DNA of 40,257 bases from a bacterium (GTDB lineage Bacteria; Electryoneota; RPQS01): NCBI GenBank assembly GCA_020846695.1, contig JADLDM010000025.1, positions 1 to 40,257 on the forward strand, given 5' to 3'. A program made the translations under genes and the position numbers. A model generated the notes under the pieces. The model saw only the letters and a program-made list of their open reading frames with translations. It had not been told where the DNA came from and searched no databases. This document shows, piece after piece, positions 1-10,467 of this stretch. How positions within the stretch are numbered: the stretch's first letter is position 1; each line of letters opens with the position of its first letter.

Positions 1-21
1 GAGAAACCGGAGGTTGGGGGG

Positions 22-978
22 CTATCGCTTCGTGTTCGTTGTGTTTTGTGAGCGGAGAGCCGTGAGGAGATACTGCTTGTCAGGTTGGCTGCCGTCTTTT
101 CTGGGCCTAAGTTTCTTTCCGTTGAACTCCCAGTATGGCGTGTTTGACAAGGACTCGTGGACACTCACTACGCAAGTTTCTGGGTCTATTGTAAGGAGCC
201 CATCATCAAATAGTTCGTGCAAATCGGAACGAAGTAGAATGCCGTTGTCAGTATGATTCACTCCGGTCTTGCTGTGCGGTGCAATATGAGCGGCAGTCAA
301 CACGTTTTCTGGATGCCAGCCCGAGATTGCGCATTTCCCCTCGTAAAGGCTTATGAGGTTCTGTCTGAATTTCGGTTGGCCCCTTCTAACACGACGAGCA
401 AACTTGTTCAGTTCCCAAGAATCATCATTTGGGGCTTGGCCAAAATCCTTATATACCTCTGAGAGGTTTCTGTCACGGTCGGAGGTACAGGTTGTGCGGG
501 TGCCTTCAGCAGTTAATGCCGTATTCCGTAGACCACATATTTCGATGAGTCTCTCGGCTTCTGGCTCGTTCAGAAGGTAGTTCGTTTCCTGACGCATTTT
601 GAGAATACGAAGCTCACGGAGAATCAGGTCACTCGCGACTGTCTCACGGCTTATAAGCTCTTCTGGTCCGGTGAACCTTCTTACAATCCCAAGTCTCGTG
701 CGCAACGCTGGTTCCTCCGGAGCATCGCGCCGCCATAGTCTTAATGCGCTTGTATCTTCTTCCCGCAAGCTTGGCTCGTCAAGCATTGTGCAGACAGCAA
801 TGATGCCCGCTGGAATGTGGCTCGTGCCGGATGCACGCCACAAGAACACCGTGTCGCCGACGTGCATTTCCCTTGCGAGGTTTGTCTGGCGAACTGACCA
901 GCTTATCTCGTCGTTCTCAGCAATATAGCTGTCAACATCGAACCTGTCAGGATTGCCCTGAAATATCCACGAACTCAC
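22..978 (-). CDS. EVE (PUA-like) domain fused to a C-terminal HNH nuclease; predicted modification-dependent (type IV-like) restriction enzyme
   Basis: The N-terminus (WIFQGNPDRFDV...GDTVFLWRASG...GIIAVCTMLDEP) looks like an EVE/ASCH-type PUA fold. The C-terminus (CAISGWHPENVLTAAHIAPHS...DNGILLRSDLHELFDDGLLTIDPE) matches the HNH_2-type motif. Confidence 0.75.
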   Translation of the reverse strand: MSSWIFQGNPDRFDVDSYIAENDEISWSVRQTNLAREMHVGDTVFLWRASGTSHIPAGIIAVCTMLDEPSLREEDTSALRLWRRDAPEEPALRTRLGIVRRFTGPEELISRETVASDLILRELRILKMRQETNYLLNEPEAERLIEICGLRNTALTAEGTRTTCTSDRDRNLSEVYKDFGQAPNDDSWELNKFARRVRRGQPKFRQNLISLYEGKCAISGWHPENVLTAAHIAPHSKTGVNHTDNGILLRSDLHELFDDGLLTIDPETCVVSVHESLSNTPYWEFNGKKLRPRKDGSQPDKQYLLTALRSQNTTNTKR

Positions 979-991
979 AATGCCTCACCCT

Positions 992-1396
992 CTAACGAGT
1001 AACGATAGGATTGTTTCTATTTCCCCCCGCAATCACGATTGTGTGGCCGTCGGGGTCGCGGAAGTAGGCGGCGAAATCACCCCATGCGCGGAGCTGCCAC
1101 GGAGAAAGCAGCGTGGCTCCGGCCTTCAGGAGTTTTTCGACTTGCGCGTCGGGGTTTTCACAATGAAAATAGATTTCCGCACCCGAAAGTTCTCCCTCGC
1201 CAATTTCGTTCGGAATGATTCCCGTGTTGACGCCGAAACTCTCGCGTTGATAGAGTCCGATTCTGCGGCCTTCTTCGATTTCGAATTCGGCATAGACCGG
1301 CACATCCACGGTTTGTTTGAAATCAAAGGCCGCGCGATAGAATTCTCTGGAGCGCGCAACGTCGTCAACCGCAAGAATGGTGAGGATGTGTTTCAT
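992..1396 (-). CDS. VOC / glyoxalase-bleomycin resistance family protein
   Basis: 134 aa. MKHILTILAVDDVARSREFY... and the C-terminal FRDPDGHTIVI are typical of the glyoxalase/VOC fold. Confidence 0.8.
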   Translation of the reverse strand: MKHILTILAVDDVARSREFYRAAFDFKQTVDVPVYAEFEIEEGRRIGLYQRESFGVNTGIIPNEIGEGELSGAEIYFHCENPDAQVEKLLKAGATLLSPWQLRAWGDFAAYFRDPDGHTIVIAGGNRNNPIVTR

Positions 1397-1405
1397 AGAT
1401 GGTCA

Positions 1406-1428
1406 GAGCGCACGCAGTGCGGCACTAC
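1406..1428 (-). repeat. REP element (GTAGTGCCGCACTGCGTGCGCTC on the minus strand)
   Basis: Exact 23-mer shared with six other sites. It has a 5' GTAG followed by the short imperfect palindrome CGCAC-N3-GTGCG, and lies between two CDSs. Confidence 0.8.
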
Positions 1429-1435
1429 AGGTAGC

Positions 1436-2566
1436 TCAGCTCTTGAGAGTGATCCATCGCAGCGCGAGCTCGGATTTCATGGTTTCGAAATTCATGACGG
1501 ACTCTTGCGGATGCGCGCCGGGCGGAATTTGACCGAGATAGATCGAGCGCACGATCGCGGCGGAGGGGAAGCTCGTCATCTGGCCCATCGCGGAAATTCC
1601 GTTTACGTCGTCGCTCAGCGCGTTCAGTTCCAGCTTCTCTTCTCTGCCTCCGTCACCTTTCGCCCACACGCGCACAAGCACGCGATCGGGAGCATTTTTC
1701 GGTAGCGTTTCATCGAGCACGCTTCCCAGCATTTCTCGCGGTGTAACGGTATTGCCCCCGAATATCAGGGCGCGCGTGGAAGTCAGACCAGTTTCTCTTA
1801 AGAACTGCAAGTAGTTCGCGTGACCGGGATAGCGAATGGTTTTGTAATCAAGCCGCTTCACTTTTCCCAGGAGCGTGCGCGGAAGAGTGGAAGTTCCGCC
1901 GGAGGTGATGAAGGCTTCAAGTTCGCCGACACCGTCAAAATGAAGCGTCTCGATCTCTTCCAAAGATTTGACTTTGACCTCGACGCCGTCATGGATTTCG
2001 CGCGCATCTTCAAGATATTCGTTCAACAGTCCGTGAATCGAGAAGAACTGCGCGTATTTCAAGCGTCCCTCAGGGTGCTGCGGCAGTCCGCCGACTCGCA
2101 CGTGAACTTCGTCGCAAACTTGAAAGCGCTTGACCAATTCCATCGCAAAGATGTTGGTCACACCCGGCGCAAGACCGGTATCAGGAATTAACGCGACGCC
2201 TTTTTCCTTCGCTTCCTTATCCTGCGAGAGAATACGATCGGTGACTTCGGGATTTCCGCCGAGATCCACGAAGGAAACTCCGTGCGCAAGGCAGGCACGC
2301 GCCACTGCGGGATTCAGAAAGTAGGGCACGCACGATTGACAGACGCGAATTCCTTTCAGGACTTTTTCCAGTGCGTCATCGCGGCGCACGTCCACAATCA
2401 TGGTTTCGACGAGATCGGAATTCAGCCACTTCGCGGCGTCATCAACGGCGCTGCTGTTCAGGTCTGCGAGGCGAATGCGATAGGGGCCTTCGGGGTGATG
2501 GATAAAGAAATGTGCTGCGACGCGGCCCATCAAGCCTGCGCCGAGGATGAGAATTTCTGGTTTCAT
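1436..2566 (-). CDS. Saccharopine dehydrogenase family NAD(P)-binding oxidoreductase
   Basis: Rossmann motif ILILGAGLMGR near the N-terminus and a length and pattern typical of Sacchrp_dh. The start is moved to MKPEIL (ATG at 2566) because the longer ORF would read through a REP. Confidence 0.8.
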   Translation of the reverse strand: MKPEILILGAGLMGRVAAHFFIHHPEGPYRIRLADLNSSAVDDAAKWLNSDLVETMIVDVRRDDALEKVLKGIRVCQSCVPYFLNPAVARACLAHGVSFVDLGGNPEVTDRILSQDKEAKEKGVALIPDTGLAPGVTNIFAMELVKRFQVCDEVHVRVGGLPQHPEGRLKYAQFFSIHGLLNEYLEDAREIHDGVEVKVKSLEEIETLHFDGVGELEAFITSGGTSTLPRTLLGKVKRLDYKTIRYPGHANYLQFLRETGLTSTRALIFGGNTVTPREMLGSVLDETLPKNAPDRVLVRVWAKGDGGREEKLELNALSDDVNGISAMGQMTSFPSAAIVRSIYLGQIPPGAHPQESVMNFETMKSELALRWITLKS

Positions 2567-2588
2567 ATTATGTGAGGAGCAGAAATCG

Positions 2589-2611
2589 GAGCGCACGCAG
2601 TGCGGCACTAC
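2589..2611 (-). repeat. REP element, same orientation as the copy at 1406
   Basis: Exact 23-mer GAGCGCACGCAGTGCGGCACTAC on the plus strand. Confidence 0.8.
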
Positions 2612-2629
2612 AGTTTGCTCGGGGGTTGG

Positions 2630-3019
2630 TTACGCTTCGACTAACTGGCGATCGGCTTCGGCTGCGCGGAGGAAAAGCCCGTTGTGCTCCATCAAAACGT
2701 TGATGCGAAAGCTCAGGAGATTTTCCTTGACGCCGGGATGCTCTTTTGCCAGACGCTCGGCTTCATTGGGTGAATTGACTTTGACCAGCCACATGCCGCC
2801 GACGGAGGAAAGATATCTTCCACATGCGAGCAGTTGGCCGCGCCGCATCATTTGATCGAGCAGATCGGTCAATGCGACGCGGTGCAGGCCGATCTTCTTT
2901 TTGTTGGTTCCGGGTTTTCCCGTGAAATGGACTTGCACGAAATAGCCTTCCCGTGACTCGGGCAGGACTCTGCGGCTATTTCTCCCCCGAAAGTTTTGAT
3001 CTCTTCTCTGAAAGCTCAT
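2630..3019 (-). CDS. Hypothetical protein, possibly YciI-like
   Basis: 129 aa ORF. The pattern ...GQLLACGRYL...WLVKVNSPNEAERLAKEHPG... weakly resembles YciI/DGPF-type domains. The Arg-rich N-terminal extension is unexplained. Confidence 0.4.
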   Translation of the reverse strand: MSFQRRDQNFRGRNSRRVLPESREGYFVQVHFTGKPGTNKKKIGLHRVALTDLLDQMMRRGQLLACGRYLSSVGGMWLVKVNSPNEAERLAKEHPGVKENLLSFRINVLMEHNGLFLRAAEADRQLVEA

Positions 3020-3063
3020 GGTGATTCAGTGCTTCTGACTTTTTGCTTCTGACTCATTGTCGC

Positions 3064-3087
3064 GGGCGCAGCGTGCGGCGCCCCTAC
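3064..3087 (-). repeat. REP-like hairpin of the GTAGGGG class
   Basis: The minus strand reads GTAGGGGCGCCGCACGCTGCGCCC immediately after the stop of the upstream CDS. The stem is GGGCGC/GCGCCC. Confidence 0.6.
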
Positions 3088-3603
3088 TTATCTTAGGATG
3101 GTCGCGAGTTCAGTGTGGCGCACGTGCCCGGGGAAATCGTTGTGTTCTTCAAGCGAGTGAAGGAACTGCTCAACTTCTTTGGCGGGAATGCTCTCGGCGA
3201 CCTTCGCGATTTTTTCAAGGTAGAACCCGCCCCACGAATTTTTCATCATCGCAGCTTTCGCTTCATCGGGAAAGCCGGTGACTTTCATCGCAAGTTGGGT
3301 TTTTTCTTTCTGCGGGTCGAGTGTGAACTCCATGCGCGCGAGAAAGGTTCCGTCTTCAGGCTCTTCGGGATTGTTGAAGAGCGTGGGCAGAACGGCCAGG
3401 CGCGAGCACGGTTCGTATTGCAGAATCTCCGCTTCTACAAGTTGTCCCTCTTCGCTTCGCGCGCGCATTTTTCCGCCGACACGCGCGTCATTTGAAGCCC
3501 AGCGGTTGCCGTCCCATTTTGTGGTATATTTCGGATCCGTCAGCGCGAGCCACAATCTCTCCGCTGATACCGTTGTCGTAAAGTTTAACGTGAAGGTGTG
3601 CAT
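3088..3603 (-). CDS. SRPBCC / AHSA1 (activator of Hsp90 ATPase-like) family protein
   Basis: 171 aa. ...VSAERLWLALTDPKYTTKW... and ...FTLDPQKEKTQLAMKVTGF... match the AHSA1/START-like pattern. Confidence 0.7.
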   Translation of the reverse strand: MHTFTLNFTTTVSAERLWLALTDPKYTTKWDGNRWASNDARVGGKMRARSEEGQLVEAEILQYEPCSRLAVLPTLFNNPEEPEDGTFLARMEFTLDPQKEKTQLAMKVTGFPDEAKAAMMKNSWGGFYLEKIAKVAESIPAKEVEQFLHSLEEHNDFPGHVRHTELATILR

Positions 3604-3611
3604 GGGGGGTG

Positions 3612-5459
3612 TTACTTCTTCAACAGTGGTAAACGCCTCGACTCTCGTAGTAGTGCCCTGCTATTCCTAATCTCTGATAGTGAGTCCGCGTTTCTTGTCC
3701 ACCGACGGACTGCGAACCCGGGCTTCTTCCGCTCTGCCGCAAAAACATCGAGCAAAACCTCACACGCAGATTTCGTGTACTCGCGAACAATCTCTCGCTT
3801 TGACGAGTCCTCGTCCATCCAACTCGGGGAGCAGTAGTTCCCAAGGTCGGCGCTAAAGTCTCTGCCTGTTTCGGCGTACCGTTGCCTTAACATTTCGCCC
3901 GCCGTATAGTAGACAAGCCATTTCGTGAGTGCATCTCTGACGCCGTAGGGTTCAGCCTCTGGTTCCTTCGCAATTCGCTTCTCCTCTTCGACAACTAGTT
4001 CTCCGCGATAGTTGGAATAGAATTCCTCTATCTCCTCGCAAATGAACCAGGTTCCACTCAATACCTCGAACTCGGCGTCTGTCAGGGTCTCGCACGTTTG
4101 GACAGAGTCGCCAAATACCTTGCAGTATCCTTTTCCATTATCGGTGTCGTACAGGTAAGACGGCCCCCCGAACATATCAATTGGTCCGAAGCGGAACGCA
4201 TGAATCGTCCTGGCAAAAGTGTCCAGTTTGATTACGATCTTGTTTTGCCTTGCATCTTTATCGCGTTTATTTTGGTACCAGTACTTCTTCCCCTTTCGCG
4301 AAACACGCTCAAAGCGGCGCGCCAAGTGGAGTTGAATCGGATCTGTGCTGCGGAAATCAGCAATCTTGACGGGATTCTGCGTGTTGTTATATCGCGTCAC
4401 CTTATCTAAGAAGTCGCGGTCATCTACGTTGCGTCGCACTGACACTTCTGTAACTCGAACAAGAACAAGCGCGTCTGCAGCGATTCCGTTTCGCTTGACA
4501 GCTTTCGCCAGAGATCTGACAGTCTGTGCCCCATTAATCACCGAGAATTCTCGGCACTGCAATAGGCGTTTGTCTGGCTCGTCAAGAATCTGAGTTGCCA
4601 CGGCCGCAATTCCATTATTGTAGAAGAAGAAGCCTACATTATCTTCTATTGCCGTTTCCGCGATCTTCTTGTTCGTCCTGTTGTCGCCGAGATAGCTTCT
4701 GATGTTCAGGGAGAATAGCTTCAGACGATTTGGTTTGAACACTTCAGAGATTTGGCGCGCTTCTACGATGCCCACAAAGCAGCGTCTTCCCAACTCGTCT
4801 GTGTGCACGAGCCATGGTGTGTCTTTCTTTCCTTTATCCGTATGAAAATACAAGTTTATAGACGGTCTACTGTCCCCGATTAATGATTCCGCCTCCCGAA
4901 GCTTCTCGTTGAGATCGTTTTCGTCCAGAAAGCAGACCTCTGACCTGTCGAATGCGTCTATGATTTGCGATGATTCAATTCCTCGTGACTCCCGTTCTCT
5001 TATCGGCGCATTTGCACGTCCAAGCGTTACGAAGTGAAGATCAAATGTGTCGCTGTCCCAATCTATTAGGCTTAGTGCCTCACGAACCCTGCTATTTGTC
5101 TTCAAGAGTCCTTCGTCAGCCCTCTTAAGCCTGTTTAGCACCTCGCAGAAGGAGTCAAAGGCCTCTGGGTCTTCGGCAGGGTTCTTTGTACCGCGGGACT
5201 TCGCCTGTATGATTAGAACTCGATTGTCAACCTTTGAAATGAAATCGGCACCCAGATCTCCCGCGTCGTCAACGTGACAGACATTTATCTCGTCATCGTC
5301 GGGGACCAACTCCGGCTGTATTTGTGCGAGAATTGCCGTGACATAATACCTCGTCATCCAGTAGGACTTCTGCTTGTCCGGCAGCTCTGACATTGTCTTT
5401 CCAACTTGTTCTCTAACAAAATCGGCAAGTTTGTCACGAAAGATGGATTTTTTCGTCAT
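3612..5459 (-). CDS. AIPR (abortive infection phage resistance) family protein with a PD-(D/E)xK-like N-terminal region
   Basis: 615 aa. The central FFFYNNGIAAVATQI...VINGAQTVRSL is the AIPR signature. The N-terminal VDDAGDLGADF...VLIIQAKSRG resembles an Mrr/NERD-like nuclease motif. Spot-checked lines are clearly more A+T-rich than gyrB. Confidence 0.75.
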   Translation of the reverse strand: MTKKSIFRDKLADFVREQVGKTMSELPDKQKSYWMTRYYVTAILAQIQPELVPDDDEINVCHVDDAGDLGADFISKVDNRVLIIQAKSRGTKNPAEDPEAFDSFCEVLNRLKRADEGLLKTNSRVREALSLIDWDSDTFDLHFVTLGRANAPIRERESRGIESSQIIDAFDRSEVCFLDENDLNEKLREAESLIGDSRPSINLYFHTDKGKKDTPWLVHTDELGRRCFVGIVEARQISEVFKPNRLKLFSLNIRSYLGDNRTNKKIAETAIEDNVGFFFYNNGIAAVATQILDEPDKRLLQCREFSVINGAQTVRSLAKAVKRNGIAADALVLVRVTEVSVRRNVDDRDFLDKVTRYNNTQNPVKIADFRSTDPIQLHLARRFERVSRKGKKYWYQNKRDKDARQNKIVIKLDTFARTIHAFRFGPIDMFGGPSYLYDTDNGKGYCKVFGDSVQTCETLTDAEFEVLSGTWFICEEIEEFYSNYRGELVVEEEKRIAKEPEAEPYGVRDALTKWLVYYTAGEMLRQRYAETGRDFSADLGNYCSPSWMDEDSSKREIVREYTKSACEVLLDVFAAERKKPGFAVRRWTRNADSLSEIRNSRALLRESRRLPLLKK

Positions 5460-5577
5460 TTCTCAATACATGAGTTGCGTTTCGGGGAATATGTTTGGCC
5501 CGCGAAAGGCGCTCGCCGTAGAGTTCGGTCAAGCGCTGTTTCAGGTCCGCAAGGATGGGTTTTAGGGTTTCGTTCAA
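5434..5577 (-). pseudogene. Possible remnant of a nucleotidyltransferase (MNT antitoxin-like) N-terminus
   Basis: A minus-strand frame reads LNETLKPILADLKQRLTELYGERLSRA..., which parallels the intact MNT N-terminus at 8281 (LQTILDELREKLSLHYGDRLAKL). It has no GSxARG motif and runs into the AIPR start. Confidence 0.3.
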
Positions 5578-5637
5578 TTGTCGGTCGCCTTAATAGATCC
5601 TAACACAGGATGACAGAAGAAACGCCTTCAGCCTTTC

Positions 5638-7957
<2,320 letters not shown>

Positions 7958-7961
<4 letters not shown>

Positions 7962-8281
7962 AACCCTCGTCCCTCGCGATACGCGTTGATAATCACCGGC
8001 TCTTGCCGTGCTTCGTACTCTCTTTGAGACACGAATAGCGTATTAAGGACAACGGTATTATCTGCTGAAAGCTTTGCAGTGATTTCGCCGGTAGCAGCAA
8101 TTTCTTTCAAGGGACGCACCTCCCCCTTAAGCACGACGAGCACATCAATGTCGGAATCGGGTTCCGCATCGCCGCGAGCTTGAGAACCATAGAGCACCAA
8201 TTTCGCGAGACGATCCCCGTAATGAAGGGAGAGCTTCTCGCGCAGTTCGTCAAGAATGGTTTGAAGGTTTGGGTTGGTCAT
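7958..8281 (-). CDS. Nucleotidyltransferase (MNT) domain protein, antitoxin partner
   Basis: Carries the minimal nucleotidyltransferase signature LYGSQARGDAEPDSDIDVLVV. Confidence 0.85.
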
Positions 8282-8290
8282 GAAAATACT

Positions 8291-8328
8291 CTCATCGGGC
8301 GGAGGCTATTGCGCCTCCGCCCGATGAG
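8291..8328 (-). terminator. Strong hairpin between the aaRS-like gene and the MNT gene
   Basis: 16-bp perfect arms CTCATCGGGCGGAGGC / GCCTCCGCCCGATGAG around a 6-nt loop. On the minus strand the hairpin is followed by AGTATTTTC. Confidence 0.6.
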
Positions 8329-8343
8329 TTCTACGATATGATT

Positions 8344-9516
8344 CTACGCGATGCTGGCAATCTCTTCTGCTTCGCGCGTCAGCGCGACATTGCGTGCAGC
8401 ATCATGCTGCCCCTCTCTTGCGGCTTCCATTTCTTCAATGCTCGGCGCAGTTTGGAAGTTTGCAAAGGTTACGGGGAAGGCGTCAATCTCTTCGATGGTT
8501 GCTTTGCCGACTAAGGATTGCAGGATACGGTTCATGCCGAATCCGCAGCCCGCGTGCGGCAGCGCGTGTGTGGAAACCTGCTCGATATAGGGCGCGAAAT
8601 CGGCAAGCACGGAGGCTTCTACTTCGGCTTCCGACACGCTTTTCCCGGCGCGCGCAAACCACTCGAACCTGCGCGACACCAGATGCTCGAACATGATCGA
8701 ATGTGTCAGTCGCTCTTTCAGAAGATCAAGCAGGTGCAATCTTACCGCCGCGCCGACGGATTCACCGGAACCCGGCAGAATCAAATCCGCGCTGTCAATT
8801 CTTCCTTTTCCGTCGGGGAACATGTTGAAGAATTTGATGACGCGCAATTCTCGACCTTCCAGCTCGGGATGTGTCCACATCGGATCGGGAAACTTGGTCA
8901 GGAACACCGGCCCGAACATCTCCGCGAGTTTCAATTCCTGCCAGTGCGAGAAGTCCTCGCCCCACTTGATGCTCTCCCCATCTTTGCGCAGCACATCAAT
9001 CGCTTCGTCGTAAGTCAGCTTTGCGAACGGCGACGTTGCCCACTTCTGAAGTTTTTTCGCGTGCGCTTTGGCAATTCCCAACTCATTCGCGTGCGCGGCG
9101 ATGTTTGAAGCTAAGGACTGCACGAAACCTTGAATCTCATGAAGCAGCGCGGCATAGAGTTCATTCTGCTCGCCGACGAATTCGATTTCATGCAGCGAAA
9201 ACTCCATGCAGTGTCTTCCGTCGGAGGGATTGTGCCGCTCGCCTCGAAAACTTCTTCCCACCGTGAAGGTTTTCGGATAGAGGCCGAGCGCGCCTTCCAA
9301 GTGAAGCTGTCCGGTTTGTTTGAGAAAGACCGGCTGCGCGGCCCAATTCAGACTTGAATCGAGCGACGCTTCCATCAGAGAATCCACAAATTCGCAGGCT
9401 CCCGACGCGCGCACCATCGAAGGAACTTCGACATAGGTATATCCGCGCGCCCACCAATGACAAAAACTTGTTTGTGTGGAAAGGTGCCACAGCTTGATTT
9501 GCTGTTCGAGGGTCAT
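8344..9516 (-). CDS. Stand-alone class II aminoacyl-tRNA synthetase-like catalytic core (AsnRS/AspRS type) with no anticodon-binding domain
   Basis: Motif-2-like GRSFRGERHNPSDGRHCMEFSLHEIEF. FLKQTGQLHLE parallels AsnRS YLTQSGQLYLE. Also ADLILPGSGESVGAAVR and motif-3-like GCGFGMNRILQ. The start is set at MTLEQQ (9516), which is preceded by AAGGAG. Confidence 0.7.
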   Translation of the reverse strand: MTLEQQIKLWHLSTQTSFCHWWARGYTYVEVPSMVRASGACEFVDSLMEASLDSSLNWAAQPVFLKQTGQLHLEGALGLYPKTFTVGRSFRGERHNPSDGRHCMEFSLHEIEFVGEQNELYAALLHEIQGFVQSLASNIAAHANELGIAKAHAKKLQKWATSPFAKLTYDEAIDVLRKDGESIKWGEDFSHWQELKLAEMFGPVFLTKFPDPMWTHPELEGRELRVIKFFNMFPDGKGRIDSADLILPGSGESVGAAVRLHLLDLLKERLTHSIMFEHLVSRRFEWFARAGKSVSEAEVEASVLADFAPYIEQVSTHALPHAGCGFGMNRILQSLVGKATIEEIDAFPVTFANFQTAPSIEEMEAAREGQHDAARNVALTREAEEIASIA

Positions 9517-9738
9517 GATCGTACTCCTTTGTTGAAACCGTTGATTGATTCGGTGCGGCTCTCTGTCCGCGCCATTCCGATTTTCCAAGCGGCGGCTCTC
9601 TGTCCGCCATTACTTTTCCGGTTTTCCGGAGCAGGATTCACCTGCGCTGTGTTTGCTTTTGTGGATACTCCTATGCTTCTAATTCCGTCATTCTCTGTAA
9701 GAACCTATTCAAGCGAGTCGAGAACCTCTAATGTGTCG

Positions 9739-10392
9739 TCATCTTGAGCGTAGCGAAGGATCGCCATCGTCCTTAATGACAATTACTTTGACAGGCCGCT
9801 TGCCCTCGAGGTATTCCTGCATGCTTGTTTGGAACGCGTTCTGCTTTTCTATCATTTCCTCTGACACATCCATCCCAACCAATAGCGCTTGTTCACCATG
9901 AAGCACTTTCGCCATGCCTTGCTGAATCTTCTGGCGCACCGCCTCTTCATCACCGTGCCCACGAGGAGAATAGATGCTACGCTTGAGGTGGGTCTTGTCA
10001 AAGTCATACCCAACTGCTTTCGACATGACATAGAGTAGTTCAATAAACAGCTCCTCATTACGATTTGTCCAGGCCACCAACTCGGCCTCGCTTGGATCTT
10101 GACTCGAAGAGTTCAGATTGTCTAGGTATGCCTTCCATGCGATAACGATGGCCTTGTCCTTCTTCCGCTTCGCAGGCCATAGTCGAGACGAGAAGAACTC
10201 CGTATCGATCATGTTGAGGGCCAACACATGCTCGTGTGACAGACGGGAAGCGCGTGTCGACATAAGTGTTCGAAATATCCAGAGCCTTCTCTCTTGCTTA
10301 ATGCGATATCTCTCTATCCACTTCTGTGCCTGAACGGCCAACAAGGGAGCGATTAGCACCGCTAAGACTGTGATCCAATCGGACGGCGTCAT
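9739..10392 (-). CDS. Hypothetical membrane-anchored protein (one N-terminal TM helix)
   Basis: 217 aa ORF with a hydrophobic N-terminus (WITVLAVLIAPLLAV). I recognise no family with certainty. The last ~11 codons and the stop lie inside a GTCATCYTGA-type repeat. Confidence 0.5.
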   Translation of the reverse strand: MTPSDWITVLAVLIAPLLAVQAQKWIERYRIKQERRLWIFRTLMSTRASRLSHEHVLALNMIDTEFFSSRLWPAKRKKDKAIVIAWKAYLDNLNSSSQDPSEAELVAWTNRNEELFIELLYVMSKAVGYDFDKTHLKRSIYSPRGHGDEEAVRQKIQQGMAKVLHGEQALLVGMDVSEEMIEKQNAFQTSMQEYLEGKRPVKVIVIKDDGDPSLRSR

Positions 10393-10467
10393 GGTTGTAT
10401 TCTACATTCGTTAATGAATCTGAGCGGTTGCAGAATGCCTCGCGGGATACGGGAGAAGCGGCATTTA

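Noticed and set aside
980-1705. 241-aa plus-strand ORF
   Set aside because: It spans the antisense of the glyoxalase gene, a REP and the 3' end of the dehydrogenase gene. It is not plausible as a gene.
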